64,000 nt of DNA from an uncultured Verrucomicrobiae bacterium. GTDB taxonomy: Bacteria > Verrucomicrobiota > Verrucomicrobiia > Opitutales > JABDGR01. Location: positions 480,001 through 544,000 of the forward strand of contig CAVXVB010000005.1 in the NCBI GenBank assembly GCA_963765205.1, written 5' to 3'. Both the position numbers and the translations under genes were made by a program. The notes under the pieces were generated by a model. That model ran no database searches, was not told where the DNA came from, and was given only the letters and a program-made list of their open reading frames with translations. Of the stretch, positions 36,780 through 48,026 are shown piece by piece (within the stretch, counting starts at the first letter, position 1; every line of letters starts with the position of its first letter).

Positions 36780-37871
36780 CTACAACTCAACTTCCAATCC
36801 ATCATACGCCAAAAACACTTCGGCGGGGAATTTGCCGGACTGCGGGTTCTTCCGGTTCATTTCCTGGTGATACAATTCCGCATACATCCGCGTGTTGAAC
36901 AGCGACTCCGACAACTCCGCGTCGCTGTGGTGCGGGTCGTGGTGGAACAGCGCCAGGCGCTTGACCCGCGCGCGCGCCGCCAGCTCGACGCCGATCACGC
37001 TGCTCGAGTGGCCCCAGTCGGCCTTGTCGAAAATCGCCTCCTCGAGCGAATACATCGCGTCAAACACCAACAGGTCGGCGTCCGCGTAAAAGTCCAGCAG
37101 CGGATAATTCGGCGAGGCCGTGTCCGCCTGTTTGTGTTCGCAATCCGTGGAATAAACAAAAACCTTGCCCGCGCGCTCCACGCGAATGCCGAAGGAAGTG
37201 CCGGGGTGGTTTTGCTCGCACAGCCGCACCCGCAGGCCGGCGATGTCATGGTTCTCACCCTGGCTGAGGTGCTGAAAGTGGATCTTCGCCTTGAGGTATT
37301 CGTAGGGCACCGGAAAATACGGCGTCGAAAATTGCGTGCGCACCGCCTCCTCGATTTTCTCATGCACCCCGTAGAAGGTCACCTGCGACCCGGGCGCATA
37401 CATCGGGTAAAAAAACGGCAGCCCCTGCACATGGTCCCAATGCAGGTGGGAAAGAAAGATGTGGAAATGCGCCCCGCCCGGAAACCCCGGCTGGGTCCCG
37501 CGCAATTGTTGCCGGCGGTAATCAAACGCAAAATCGCGCAAGCCCGTCCCCGCGTCCAAAAGCACGATATCCGCCGCGTTGGCCCCCACCTGCACGCACG
37601 CCGTGTTGCCGCCGCACGTCCCCCGCGTCGCAAACGGCAAATGCTGGTCCACCCAGGCCGCCAGCGCGATTTCGTCGGCGGGCAAGTCCCGGCCCCGCGC
37701 GACCGCCAACGCCTGCACCACCTTGTCGCGCACTTGCGCGGCAGTCAGCGGGGTGGGCAGCGAGCCACGGGTTCCCCAAAACTTTATCTTGATGGTGTCC
37801 AGAGCGGCGGCATTCTGCCCGCTCCCTTGCCCACTGGCGAGCGAAAAGACGGGCCGGCCGGGACAAACCAC
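36780..37871 (-). CDS. MBL-fold metallo-hydrolase
   Basis: FWGTRGSLP, GGNTACV, LDAGTG, SHLHWDHVQG, WGHSS, LFHHDP; true start probably near 37800. Confidence 0.88.
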   Translation of the reverse strand: MVCPGRPVFSLASGQGSGQNAAALDTIKIKFWGTRGSLPTPLTAAQVRDKVVQALAVARGRDLPADEIALAAWVDQHLPFATRGTCGGNTACVQVGANAADIVLLDAGTGLRDFAFDYRRQQLRGTQPGFPGGAHFHIFLSHLHWDHVQGLPFFYPMYAPGSQVTFYGVHEKIEEAVRTQFSTPYFPVPYEYLKAKIHFQHLSQGENHDIAGLRVRLCEQNHPGTSFGIRVERAGKVFVYSTDCEHKQADTASPNYPLLDFYADADLLVFDAMYSLEEAIFDKADWGHSSSVIGVELAARARVKRLALFHHDPHHSDAELSESLFNTRMYAELYHQEMNRKNPQSGKFPAEVFLAYDGLEVEL

Positions 37872-37880
37872 CCCGCCCGT

Positions 37881-40800
37881 TCAGGGCTTGGCTGTAATTA
37901 CCGGGGCCAGAATCACGCGCAAACCGATGTTATCGGTCGCCGTGTCGGGCGGGACGCCGTCGTCCCGGGGCCGCGCGGCCGAGCGCGCGTCAGTGGCGTT
38001 GTCCCGCCAGCCCCCCCCGCGGAAGAACCGTTTGGCGTTCGGGTCGCCGGCCCCGGTCGCCGGCGCCGTGATGGCGCCGCCGGGCAGCCGCGATTTATAC
38101 GGATCGAGCACCCATTGGGCCACGTTGCCATTTACGTCGTAAAGATGGAACGGATTGGGCTTATACGAGCCGACCGGCTTGGTCCCGCTCACGCTATTTT
38201 GCGCAATCAACTCCGACCCCGACCCCGTCGGGTAGGTGCCGTTAAAATTGGCGTTCGTCGGGTCGGCATGATCGCCGAACCAGAAGGCCGTGGTGGTGCC
38301 GGCGCGCGCCAAATATTCCCATTCCGCCTCGGTCGGCAGCCGGAATTCATAGCCCGCCGGCAGCCGGTGGGCGGCGGCCTCCCGTTCCGTCAGCCGCCGC
38401 GTGAACTCCACCGCCTTGCTCCACGAGACGCGCTCGACCGGGAAATTGCCCTGCTGGGGATCGTTCTGGCCAAACGCCGACGGATTCTCGCCCATCACGG
38501 CTTGATACTGCATTTGCGTCACCGTGTATTTACCGGCCCAGAACCCGGCTGGAATCTGGACCTGGGTGGCCGGGCCTTCGCTGGCCCGGCGGGCAATTTC
38601 GCTCCCGGGGCTGCCCATGGTGAAATTGCCGGGCGGAATCCATTCGAGAACCAAATTCAGGTAGGGAACGTTATACTCCTGGCCGGCCGCCGGCGGCTGC
38701 ATCCGGCTCAAGGGCACCGCCAAATGCATCGCTTCATTGGGAGCGGGTTTGAACACGCGCTCGTAGTTCGAATAGTCCTGGGCCTCGACGCGCACCGTGT
38801 CCGCCTGGTTCGGCGGCAGTTCGTAAGAGCCATCCGGTTTTGCCGGCAGCGGGTGGTTGTTTAAAAACACGGCAACCGGCACGACCGGATCCGGCTGGAT
38901 GACCAGCCGCGCGGGCCGGGGCTGCAAATCGGCCGCGGCGGCGGCGGTTTTGCCCGCTTCGATGGTGACGTTCTTGTCCACCGGGAAATAATCCGGATGC
39001 GTAAAAGTAACTTGATAGGAACCTTCGAGCATGTCCGGCACCTGCTTCGTCGAAGCTGGGAAAGGATTCTGGTTGACGAGGATTTTCGCGTCGCGTTGTT
39101 CCAGCGCCGTGGGCGCGTGGCCCGCCAGTTTGAAGTCCAGGCTCAAGGCGCCCATGCGCGCCGTCAGGTCGCCCACGTCAATGTTGCCCGTAAAGCCGGG
39201 GCCGACCCGCAGCGTGCGTTCCACGGTTTGGTAGCCGGCCAATTCAAACGTGAGCTTCACCGTCGTATCCACCGGAATTTTGGTCGTCGTCAGCGGGGTC
39301 GTCCCCAGCACCTGCGAGCCGATGCGCACGGTGGCGCCGGGCTGTTTGGTGCTCAAGTAGATGGTGGCGGGCTGGGCGGTGAGGTTCAGGTCGAAATGGT
39401 AGGTCTTGGTCAATTCGATTTTTTGATCCGTCAACTGCGCGCTTGTGTAATCCTCCTTGTTGGCCGCAAACGTGTAGGTGCCGTCGCCGAGGTTTTGCGT
39501 GATGCGCAGCTTGCCCTTGTCATCGGCCACCCCCAACGGGATGGGCGGCCCCTTGGCCGGTTGCGCCGTGATGGTCGCGCCCGGCGCGGTCGAGAAATCC
39601 ACAATCGCCCAATTCGGATCCAGATTAATAAACCGGTGGACGCGTTGCGCTCTGCGTGCTGAAGTTGAAGTGCATCGGGCGGTATTGCGGCGGCGATTCC
39701 ACCGTGATGTTGTGTTCGCCGGGGGCGACTTCCAGGCGCAATTCCCCGTCGGCTATCGGCATTTTGTTGTTGTCAATCGTCACCATCGCGGTGCGCGGCG
39801 TCACCGTCAGCTCAAGGTTCAGGCCATGCGCCCCCTCCGGCACGCGCACCGCCGGCAGGTCCGTGGTCAGATCGTCGTCGCTGGTTTCCACCTGCACATA
39901 AACAAACGCCGCGATGGCGACGGCGATCAGCGCCGGCAGCCCGATGAAGAGCAGGCGTTGCACCAGCGTCAACTGCTTGCGCGCGAGGCGCGGCGCCTTG
40001 CCCGGTTTGTTGACCTTGACCAGTGGCGATTTGCTCCCGCCCGGCTTTTTGGGGGCGGGTTTGGGCGCGGGTGTTTCCGGCCCCAGCAAAAGTTCGAGCG
40101 GCTGCTTTTGGGCGGTCGGGGTCAGGTGCGCGATGTTGCGCAGGTCGGCCAGCGCGGCGTTCGCGGTCGCATAGCGTTCCTCCGGTTTGCGTTGCAGGCA
40201 GCGCAGCGTAAACGCGTCCCAGCCCGCCTCGATCCCCGGCTGCACTTGCGACGGTGGCTGGTACGGCGATGTCGGCTTGCGCCCCGTCAGCAGCCAGTGG
40301 GTGTTGACGCCGATGGCGTAAATGTCCGAGCGATATTCCAGGGCCTGCCGCAGGCGCGCCTCGGGCGACAAAATGTCCGTCGTCCCCAAAAACGAACGGT
40401 TCGGGTCCAGCTTCAACGGCGGAATCCCCGCCGACACCAGCATCTCGAACAACTCCTGCCCGAGAATCGCCAGAAAATGATAGCCATAAACCTTCACCCC
40501 GCCGAAACCCGAGCGCAAAATTTTCGTCGGGTTCAGGTTCAGGTGCATCGCCTTGTTTTCGTGCGCGTAGGCCAGCCCCGCCAGCACCTGTTCCAGAATC
40601 GGTGTCACCTGCGATGCCGGCAGGTTCACCGGCTCCTTGTTGTCCGACGCGCTCAGTTGCGAGCCGGTCAGCATCATCAAGTGGTCGGGAATGCTCAGCC
40701 CCTCGAACTCCTCGCCGATCAGGCAGTAATTGTTTTGAATGATGATCGGCTGCGTGAAATTCAGCAGGTTCGCGTGCTTGAGCTGGCACAGCTTCTTCGT

Positions 40801-41031
40801 TTGGACCACAAACCGGTCGGGAAATTCCTTATCTTGCGCCACCAGCGTCGGAAAGACGAACAACGTTTCCTTTTTGCCCGACTGCTGGTTTTGCGCCAGA
40901 TACAGGCTCCCCAGCATGTCATACGCCAGGCAGCGCAGGATGACATAATCGCCGAACGGCTTCCCGTCCTCGATGATCTCGTAGGCGCGGCCCGGCGGTG
41001 CCGACGGCTTCTTGGAGCTGAATTCGAACAT
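37881..41031 (-). pseudogene. Kinase-like + TM + PEGA repeats + FGE/SUMF1 domain gene, split by one frameshift near 39650
   Basis: ORF 39625-41031 has a degenerate kinase fold, a TM and the start of a PEGA repeat. ORF 37881-39602 has PEGA repeats and FRLPTEAEWEY, LYDVNGNVAQW, IGLRV. The second frame is open upstream as AQRVHRFINLDPNWAIVDF. Confidence 0.75.
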
Positions 41032-41285
41032 GGGCGGTGAAAAGGCGACAATAAACCTCTCCGGCGCGGGAACGCCGGCTCCGCCCAGTATAGGAACCCC
41101 GGCCCCGCGCAGAAGCATAAAATGCACCAACCCACCGCCCCGGCCCGCAAGGGCCGGGGGGCTTTTGTTGGCGGGCCTGAGCTTGTTCTAACTTCTAATA
41201 AGTCCCAATCCTCAATAAGGAATTTACTGTCAATTTAACGAATTGTTGTGGGATTTTACGGTTTGGCGGTTCTATATAGGGTAAG

Positions 41286-43541
41286 ATGAATGACTTGCTG
41301 GCCGAGGACGCCGATCTGCTGCGGCATTATGCCGTCGGTTCCGAAGCGGCGTTTCGCGAATTGGTGCGGCGCCACCTCGGCATGGTCCATGCGACCGCGC
41401 GACGTATTCTGGCGACGGCGCCGCATTTGGCGGATGATGTGACCCAGGCCGTATTCACGGACTTGGCGAAACAGGCCCCCACTCTGCAAGCGGGTTTCGT
41501 GCTGGGCGGCTGGCTGCACCGGCACACTTGTTATCTCGCACGGAACGCCGCGCGCGCCGAACACCGCCGCCGCGCGCGGGAAAGGACCGCCATGGAAATC
41601 AATGCCCTCCACGAAAATTCCGGCCAGGACGCGCACTGGGCGCAACTGGCCCCGGTGCTCGACGCCGCGCTCAACCAGCTCGAAGCTGCCGACCGCGACG
41701 CCCTTGTGCTGCGCTATTTGGAGCAGCGCGATTTGCGCAGCGTTGGCCGCGCCCTTGGATCGAGCGAAGACGCCGCGCAAATGCGCGTGGCCCGCGCGTT
41801 GGAAAAGCTGCGCGTATTCCTGGTTCGCGCCGGAGTAACGGTCGCCTCGGCCTCCGCTTTGGGCACCACGCTTAACGCCAGCGCCTCGGCCCCGTTGCCA
41901 GCGGGCCTGGCCGCATCCGTTGCTACCAGCGCTTTGACTGGTGCGACGGTGGCGAGTGTCACCCCCTTCACCCTCGTCCCTGTAAAAACCTTGGTCGCGT
42001 CGAAACTCGCCCTGAGCGTTGCCGCAACTGCCGCCATTGCGGCCGTTCTTGCTTATTCGATTGGCTTGTCGCACCATTCGCCGCCTGTTGAAGGCAACGC
42101 CAAGCCGATGGCAAAACAAGCGCCAGCAAGGCCTTCAAGCACAGTCGTCAGGAATAATGATGGCACTTTAACTATTACAGATGGCATTTTAACAACGCCA
42201 TACGGCACTTTACATATTAAGCCAGGAGCATCTTTAGGCCTTGATGAATATAGATCGCTTATAACGCTTCAGTTGGGTCGACTTATAAAAACAGACCCGC
42301 AGAAAGCGTTGGAGGGTTTAGCTAAATGGCCGCCTGGTCCCGACACAGATAAAATGTATCGCCAAATTTTTACTCTCTGGTCCAATGACGGTAAATCTTC
42401 ACCACAAGCCGCCGCTACGGCCTACAACCTACCTATCGGCAAGGATCGGGATTTAGCGATACAAGCCGTTGTTGACAATTGGGCCAAATCTGATCCTGCC
42501 TCACTACTCAATTGGGCCAGCAGTCTCGCTACAGCCGACTCTGGGACACTGACGAACGCCTTTAGCGAGGTCGCCACCAAGGAGAACCAGCCTGCCTTGG
42601 CGGCCCAATATGTGGACGACATCACCGACGCCACTACGCGCGCGCAAGCAATAGTTACCATTGCGACAGCTTGGGGTATTACAGACCCCATGGGGACGTT
42701 GACATGGCTCGACAACACTGCCACGGGCGACGCCTATGACACCAGCGTCAATAACCTCATGAGCAACCTAGCCAAGCAAGACCCGGCCCAGGCCGCCGCG
42801 CTGGTGGGCAACATCACCGAGCCGGGCGTGCAAGCCGCCGCCATCATCAATACCGCTGGCGCTTGGGGAGCCACCGACCCCCAGGCGGCCTTGGCGTGGG
42901 TGAACAGCTTACCCGCCGCCGAGGCCGGCGCCCAAAACGTCGCCCTCAGTTCCACGGTCGCTAGTTGGGCCAAAAACGACCCCGCCGCCGCCCTGGCCTA
43001 TGTGCAAAATTCCCCCGATGCATCGATTTACCTAAGCGCGGCGCCTGTTATCGCTGGTTCGCTGTCGCAGTCCGATCCGCAGGCGGCGCTCAACTGGACG
43101 AATAGTCTGCCCGCGGGCGCTGACAAAGACCAGGCACTCAGCAACGTGCTCGACAACATGGCGGGAACCGATTTCAACTCGGCGTGGAATTATGCATCGA
43201 GCCTGCCCGTCGGCGATGGCCGCGACCTCGCCATGGCCGGCCTTATTGGCGTCGAAGCCAAAACGAACCTGTCCCAAGCCGTCACGATGGTGGGGCAGTT
43301 TCCCGCCGGCAGCGCGCAGAACAGCGCGACGGGCCAACTGGCCGACGTGTGGGCGGTGCAAAACCCGAATGCCTTTGTCCAATGGGTCACGGCGCTGCCG
43401 CCGGGAGGCCAGCAAGACGCGGCCCTCGCAGCGGCCATCACGGCCGCGAATTCCTCGAATAAATCCCAGGCTGCGCACGCGAGTCTCGTGCAAAGATTGA
43501 CCAAAATCCAAGCCGCCCTCAAAAGCCAATCGTCCAACTAA
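41286..43541 (+). CDS. ECF sigma-70 factor with TM and long helical-repeat extension
   Basis: SEAAFRELVRRH, DDVTQAVF, LDAALNQL..DRDALVLRY, RVARALEKLR; repeated W...DPxAALxW units. Confidence 0.88.
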   Translation: MNDLLAEDADLLRHYAVGSEAAFRELVRRHLGMVHATARRILATAPHLADDVTQAVFTDLAKQAPTLQAGFVLGGWLHRHTCYLARNAARAEHRRRARERTAMEINALHENSGQDAHWAQLAPVLDAALNQLEAADRDALVLRYLEQRDLRSVGRALGSSEDAAQMRVARALEKLRVFLVRAGVTVASASALGTTLNASASAPLPAGLAASVATSALTGATVASVTPFTLVPVKTLVASKLALSVAATAAIAAVLAYSIGLSHHSPPVEGNAKPMAKQAPARPSSTVVRNNDGTLTITDGILTTPYGTLHIKPGASLGLDEYRSLITLQLGRLIKTDPQKALEGLAKWPPGPDTDKMYRQIFTLWSNDGKSSPQAAATAYNLPIGKDRDLAIQAVVDNWAKSDPASLLNWASSLATADSGTLTNAFSEVATKENQPALAAQYVDDITDATTRAQAIVTIATAWGITDPMGTLTWLDNTATGDAYDTSVNNLMSNLAKQDPAQAAALVGNITEPGVQAAAIINTAGAWGATDPQAALAWVNSLPAAEAGAQNVALSSTVASWAKNDPAAALAYVQNSPDASIYLSAAPVIAGSLSQSDPQAALNWTNSLPAGADKDQALSNVLDNMAGTDFNSAWNYASSLPVGDGRDLAMAGLIGVEAKTNLSQAVTMVGQFPAGSAQNSATGQLADVWAVQNPNAFVQWVTALPPGGQQDAALAAAITAANSSNKSQAAHASLVQRLTKIQAALKSQSSN

Positions 43542-43578
43542 GGTTCCGGCGTGACCGGGGCCAAAAACCACCAAGGCC

Positions 43579-45441
43579 ATGAAAAACTCACTCCGCGCGA
43601 AAGTCCTTTACCCCGCCTTTCTGCTCATGGTCGTGGGCGTGGCATATTACGGTGGAAAATCCGCCTGGTTCCAGCCGAGAGAAATGCCCACCGCCCCAAT
43701 GCCTCCCAAGAAAATGCCTGCCACCCAGACGCCCGACGCAGCCCAACCCGCGCGTCCCGTCAAGGTCAAGACCCTTGAGGAATCCAAAGCGTTTTTTGCC
43801 GATTTGCTGGCGGGGAATTGGCCCGACCAATTCAAAAGCAAGAATGACAAGCAAAATTATATTCGTGGTTTCCTGCGCAGTGCGGAATTCGATCCGAAGG
43901 ATGTTCCCGATTTGATCGCCCTGCTCCATGACGCGCCGGACAACGCCGACCAGCAACTGATGATTTTTGAGTTGCTCGGTCGGATTGCGGGAAACATTCC
44001 GCCAGGACTGGGAGGCGCGAATCCTGCGCTGGCCTTGCAACTGCTCGACAATTTGTCGGACCCCGCCCAGTGGAAGCAAATGTTGGGCACCGCCCTGAAT
44101 CGCCTGGCTACGGATGATCCGCAAGCCGCCTGGAAAGAATTGACCAGCCTCCCGCCCGGCACCGCGCCAACCGATATCTACGCCGCCATTTTCTCGAACT
44201 TAGCGAAGCAAGACCCGGCGGGTGCGGCAGCGGATGCGGTCAACCTGCCACCCGGCCCGGACCGTGATAACGCCTTGCAAGGGGTGGGTAAAAGCTGGAT
44301 TTCCACCGATCCGCAAGCCGCCCTCAATTGGGCCTCCAGCCTGCCAGGAAGTGAGAGCTTGGTTAACGGCATGATCCAGAGTCTGGCGGCCAACAATCCT
44401 AAGCTCGCCGAATCCTATGTGAACGACATGACCGACCCCATCATGCGCAACGACACAATTACGACCATTGGCCGCAGGTTGCAAAATGGACCAAATGGCG
44501 ACCCGGCCGCCGCCTTGGCTTGGTTTAACCAGACAGCAACGGGTAGCGCCTACCAAACCGCAGTGGCCAACCTCTTTGAGGGCTTGTCCACGCCCAGCAT
44601 GCAAACTTTGACTAGCTCCGACGGTAACCCGGTTATCTCCCTTTCCACGAATATGAAGGATATTTCACTGGCCGTCTCCTTGGTGGCTAACGTCACCGAT
44701 CCGACCGCCCAACAGGCGGCCATTGCCAGCGTGGCGGGCGGCTGGGCCCAAAGCGACCCACGGGCCGCCTTAACCTGGGTGAACAGCTTGCCGGATTCTG
44801 AGGCCACCGCCCGCGCCGCCGCCATGAACACGATCGTGACCACCTGGTCGAATACCGATCCGGCCGCCGCGGTTGCCTTTGTGCAAAACTCCGCCGACCC
44901 ATCGGTTTTTCAATCTATCGCGCCGACCCTCGCGCAAACCTTGGCGGCAACTAATCCGCAGGCGGCGCTGGCCTTCGCGCAGAGCCTGTCGGCGGGCACG
45001 GCCCAAACCCAGGCGCTCAGCAATGTTTTGGTCGGCTTGGCTGGATCGAATTTTACGGCAGCCTGGACCGATGCAACCAACCTGCCGCAGGGCGATGCCC
45101 AGAACACCATCATGACCAATCTCGTTGCGACCGAAGCCAAAGCCAACCCGGCCCAAGCCGCCGCGTTGCTGAATAATATTCCCGACCCAACCGCTCAAAT
45201 CACCGCCACAAGCACGCTGGCCACCACCTGGATAAAACTCGATCCGCAAGCCTTTACGACCTGGCTCGACACGCTGCCCGCCGGCGACGTGCGCGACACG
45301 GCGATCGCGCAATTGGTCTCCTCAAAGCAGGCCACGAAGAATCCCGCGGGCGTGCTGGCCTGGGCGAACACGGTGGCGAATCCGCAAACGAAAGCGGCCC
45401 TCTTGCAACAACTCGCGCAAGCCCAAACTGCGGCCAAGTGA
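43579..45441 (+). CDS. Secreted or membrane-anchored DPxAAxxW helical-repeat protein, paralogous to the sigma factor extension
   Basis: N-terminal TM; WISTDPQAALNW, WAQSDPRAALTW, WSNTDPAAAVAF repeats. Confidence 0.75.
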   Translation: MKNSLRAKVLYPAFLLMVVGVAYYGGKSAWFQPREMPTAPMPPKKMPATQTPDAAQPARPVKVKTLEESKAFFADLLAGNWPDQFKSKNDKQNYIRGFLRSAEFDPKDVPDLIALLHDAPDNADQQLMIFELLGRIAGNIPPGLGGANPALALQLLDNLSDPAQWKQMLGTALNRLATDDPQAAWKELTSLPPGTAPTDIYAAIFSNLAKQDPAGAAADAVNLPPGPDRDNALQGVGKSWISTDPQAALNWASSLPGSESLVNGMIQSLAANNPKLAESYVNDMTDPIMRNDTITTIGRRLQNGPNGDPAAALAWFNQTATGSAYQTAVANLFEGLSTPSMQTLTSSDGNPVISLSTNMKDISLAVSLVANVTDPTAQQAAIASVAGGWAQSDPRAALTWVNSLPDSEATARAAAMNTIVTTWSNTDPAAAVAFVQNSADPSVFQSIAPTLAQTLAATNPQAALAFAQSLSAGTAQTQALSNVLVGLAGSNFTAAWTDATNLPQGDAQNTIMTNLVATEAKANPAQAAALLNNIPDPTAQITATSTLATTWIKLDPQAFTTWLDTLPAGDVRDTAIAQLVSSKQATKNPAGVLAWANTVANPQTKAALLQQLAQAQTAAK

Positions 45442-45447
45442 AATTTA

Positions 45448-45521
45448 ACCACGGATGCCACGGATAGCACGGATGATAAAATCCTCGGAGAAAAATCCGT
45501 GCTATCCGTGAAATCCGTGGT
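45448..45521. repeat. Inverted CACGGAT nonamer-array palindrome
   Basis: accacggatgccacggatagcacggat ... atccgtgctatccgtgaaatccgtggt, between convergent genes; degenerate relative at about 60114-60234. Confidence 0.8.
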
Positions 45522-45585
45522 TCTCCGCTCTTTGCGCCCTCCGCGCCTTTGCGATGAAAATGTGTGTTTACCTCGCAGCCCGAAA

Positions 45586-45855
45586 CTAATTCGCCGCCGA
45601 CGCTTCCGCCGCTTCCGGGATCACATGCACGGTGCGGTGCGCGGCGTCCCATTTCACCAAGCCGTCCTTCAACGCATACAGCGTGAAGTTGCGCCCCTGG
45701 CCGACGTTGTCGCCCGGGTGCATCTTCGTCCCGTGCTGGCGCATGAGGATGTTGCCGGCGATGACGTATTCGCCGCCGTAGCGTTTGATGCCGAGGCGCT
45801 GCGCGTGGCTGTCGCGGCCGTTCTTGGATGTGCCCTGACCTTTTTTGTGTGCCAT
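45586..45855 (-). CDS. rpmA: 50S ribosomal protein L27
   Basis: [24 protein letters not shown]. Confidence 0.97.
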   Translation of the reverse strand: MAHKKGQGTSKNGRDSHAQRLGIKRYGGEYVIAGNILMRQHGTKMHPGDNVGQGRNFTLYALKDGLVKWDAAHRTVHVIPEAAEASAAN

Positions 45856-45903
45856 GACGGGAAGAAGTTAAGAATGGAAAATGGAAAAATGCAAGCAAGC
45901 CGC

Positions 45904-46218
45904 TTACGCCTTGATGCCTTCGATTTTGATGACCGACAATTCTTGGCGGTGGCCGCGGCGGCGTTCATAGCGCTTGCGGCGCTTTTTCTTGAACACATGC
46001 ACCTTGTCCCCGCGCTTGTTCTCCAAAATGCGCACCGAGACGGACGCCCCGGCCACCAGCGGCGTGCCAATGCGCGCGTCCGCGCCGTCGCCCACGAGGA
46101 GGACGTCATTGATCTCGACCAGGTCGCCGGCGGAGGTGTTCGGGAAACGGTTTACTTTCAGGATGTCGCCTTCCTGCACGATGAACTGGCGTCCCTGGGT
46201 CTTAATGGTGGCTTTCAT
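45904..46218 (-). CDS. rplU: 50S ribosomal protein L21
   Basis: [18 protein letters not shown]...[16 protein letters not shown]. Confidence 0.96.
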   Translation of the reverse strand: MKATIKTQGRQFIVQEGDILKVNRFPNTSAGDLVEINDVLLVGDGADARIGTPLVAGASVSVRILENKRGDKVHVFKKKRRKRYERRRGHRQELSVIKIEGIKA

Positions 46219-46327
46219 GGAATGGAATACGGGCAAACGGTAAGCAAAACGCATCCGGCTGCCCGAGGCAAGCGTTTTTCCCGCCTTTTTTCGGATGTGG
46301 CATGGTTTGGTGGTTCCGTCCGGTTTT

Positions 46328-46356
46328 CGTAGCGCGGGCTGAAGCACCGCGCTGCG
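46328..46356. repeat. GTAG-type REP-like palindrome
   Basis: cgtagcgcgggctgaagcaccgcgctgcg; same family as 62525 and the split copy at 25614/30287. Confidence 0.8.
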
Positions 46357-46490
46357 AAGGAAACAACTCCTCAAATTACGCCCTCTTTTCTTCACTCTTG
46401 CCCATTCCCCCAAAATGTGCAACCTTGACCCTCTTGGCAGGTTTTTAACGCATGGTGCGGGGCTGGCCCCGGCTCCGCTCCATGCTCGCT

Positions 46491-48026
46491 ATGGGAGACG
46501 CTTGGTCATTGTTGCTGCCGATTGGAACTGGGGCCGCGGTTACGCTGCTCATCGGTTGGGCCTTCCTGCGCGCCCGCAAACGCGACCTCCTCGAAAAGGC
46601 CGACAACATCCTCAACCTCGCCCGCAAGGAGGCCGAAATCCAGGCCCGCGACCTCCGCCTCCAGGCCGAGCAGGACATCGCCCACGCCCGCGCCCAATTC
46701 CAAGGTGAGCAACAGGCCGCCGCCTCCCAGCGCCAGGCCGCCGAAACCGAACTCGCCGAGACCCGCGCCCGCCTCGAAACCCGCGAGGACGAAATCTCCC
46801 GCCGCGAAGCCTTCTCCAACAGCCGCCGCGCCGAAATCGAAGCCCTCCGCGACCAGCTCGAACGCCAGAGCCAGTTCTACCGCGAACGCCTCCGCGGCGC
46901 CGCCACCCTCAACGAAGAGCAGCTCCGCGCCGCCCTCCGCGAGGAAGTCCGCACCGAGTCCGCCATTGAGCTGCGCGAGCTGCGCAACCAGCTGCGCAAC
47001 CGCGCCGAAACCGAGTTGCAGGACGAAGGTCGCCGCATCCTCATTGACTCCCTCCAGCGCCTCACCTCGACCGTCCCCGCCGAAATCGGCGCCACCCTCG
47101 TCCGCCTGCCCAACGAGGAAATGAAAGGCCGCATCATCGGCCGCGAAGGCCGCAACATCAAGGCCTTCGAGTCCGCCACCGGCGTCACCCTCATGATTGA
47201 CGAGACGCCCGACGCGGTCCTGGTTTCGAGCTTCGACCCCGTCCGCCGCGAAGTCGCCCGCCTCGCCCTCGAACGCCTCGTCGCCGACGGCCGCATCCAC
47301 CCCGCCAGCATCGAGGAATTCGTCCACAAAGCCGACGACGAAGTCCGCCACAACTTCGCCGTCCTCGGCGAAAAAGCCGTCGCCCGCCTCCACCTCACCT
47401 CCGCCGTCCACCCCGAACTCGTTTCCCTCCTCGGCAAACTTCATTTCCGCCTCTCGAACAATCAGAACACGCTCGACCACTCCGTCGAAGTCGCCTCGAT
47501 TTGCTCCTTCATCGCCGCCGAACTCGGCCTTGACCCCGAACCCGCCCGCCGCGCCGGCCTCTTTCACGATCTCGGCAAAGCCCTCAACGGCGACCACCCC
47601 GGCAGCCACGCCCTCGCCGCCGCCGACCTCCTCCGCTCCTACGGCGAAGACCCCCGCGTCATCAACGCCGTCGCCGCCCACCATCAGGAAATCCCCCCCG
47701 AAAGCGTTTACGCCCCCCTTCTCATCATCGCGGACTCCCTCTCCGCCGCCCGCCCCGGCGCGCGCTCGGAGTCCATCGCCGGCTACCTCCAGCGCGTCCG
47801 CTCCCTCGAAGACCTCGCCCGCGCCTTCCCCGGCGTCACGGAAGCCTACGCCATGCAAGCCGGCCGCGAAGTTCGCGTCATCGTCGCCCCCGAGCGCCTC
47901 ACCGACGACCAGGCCCGCCAGCTCGCCTTGGATCTGCGCCACCGCATCGAAAACGACCTCAATTACCAAGGCGCCATCAAAATCACCGTCATCCGCGAAA
48001 CGAGGTTCAGCGAAACGGCGAAGTAG
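46491..48026 (+). CDS. rny: Ribonuclease Y
   Basis: N-terminal TM, coiled coil, KH domain MKGRIIGREGRNIK, HD domain FHDLGK, ADSLSAARPGAR; start may be 46452 or 46482. Confidence 0.93.
   Translation: MGDAWSLLLPIGTGAAVTLLIGWAFLRARKRDLLEKADNILNLARKEAEIQARDLRLQAEQDIAHARAQFQGEQQAAASQRQAAETELAETRARLETREDEISRREAFSNSRRAEIEALRDQLERQSQFYRERLRGAATLNEEQLRAALREEVRTESAIELRELRNQLRNRAETELQDEGRRILIDSLQRLTSTVPAEIGATLVRLPNEEMKGRIIGREGRNIKAFESATGVTLMIDETPDAVLVSSFDPVRREVARLALERLVADGRIHPASIEEFVHKADDEVRHNFAVLGEKAVARLHLTSAVHPELVSLLGKLHFRLSNNQNTLDHSVEVASICSFIAAELGLDPEPARRAGLFHDLGKALNGDHPGSHALAAADLLRSYGEDPRVINAVAAHHQEIPPESVYAPLLIIADSLSAARPGARSESIAGYLQRVRSLEDLARAFPGVTEAYAMQAGREVRVIVAPERLTDDQARQLALDLRHRIENDLNYQGAIKITVIRETRFSETAK

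Noticed and set aside
41137..41170. Strong hairpin ccccggccc-gcaa-gggccgggg followed by tttt as a possible sRNA
   Set aside because: It is a single terminator-like stem between divergent genes with no supporting promoter or further structure.
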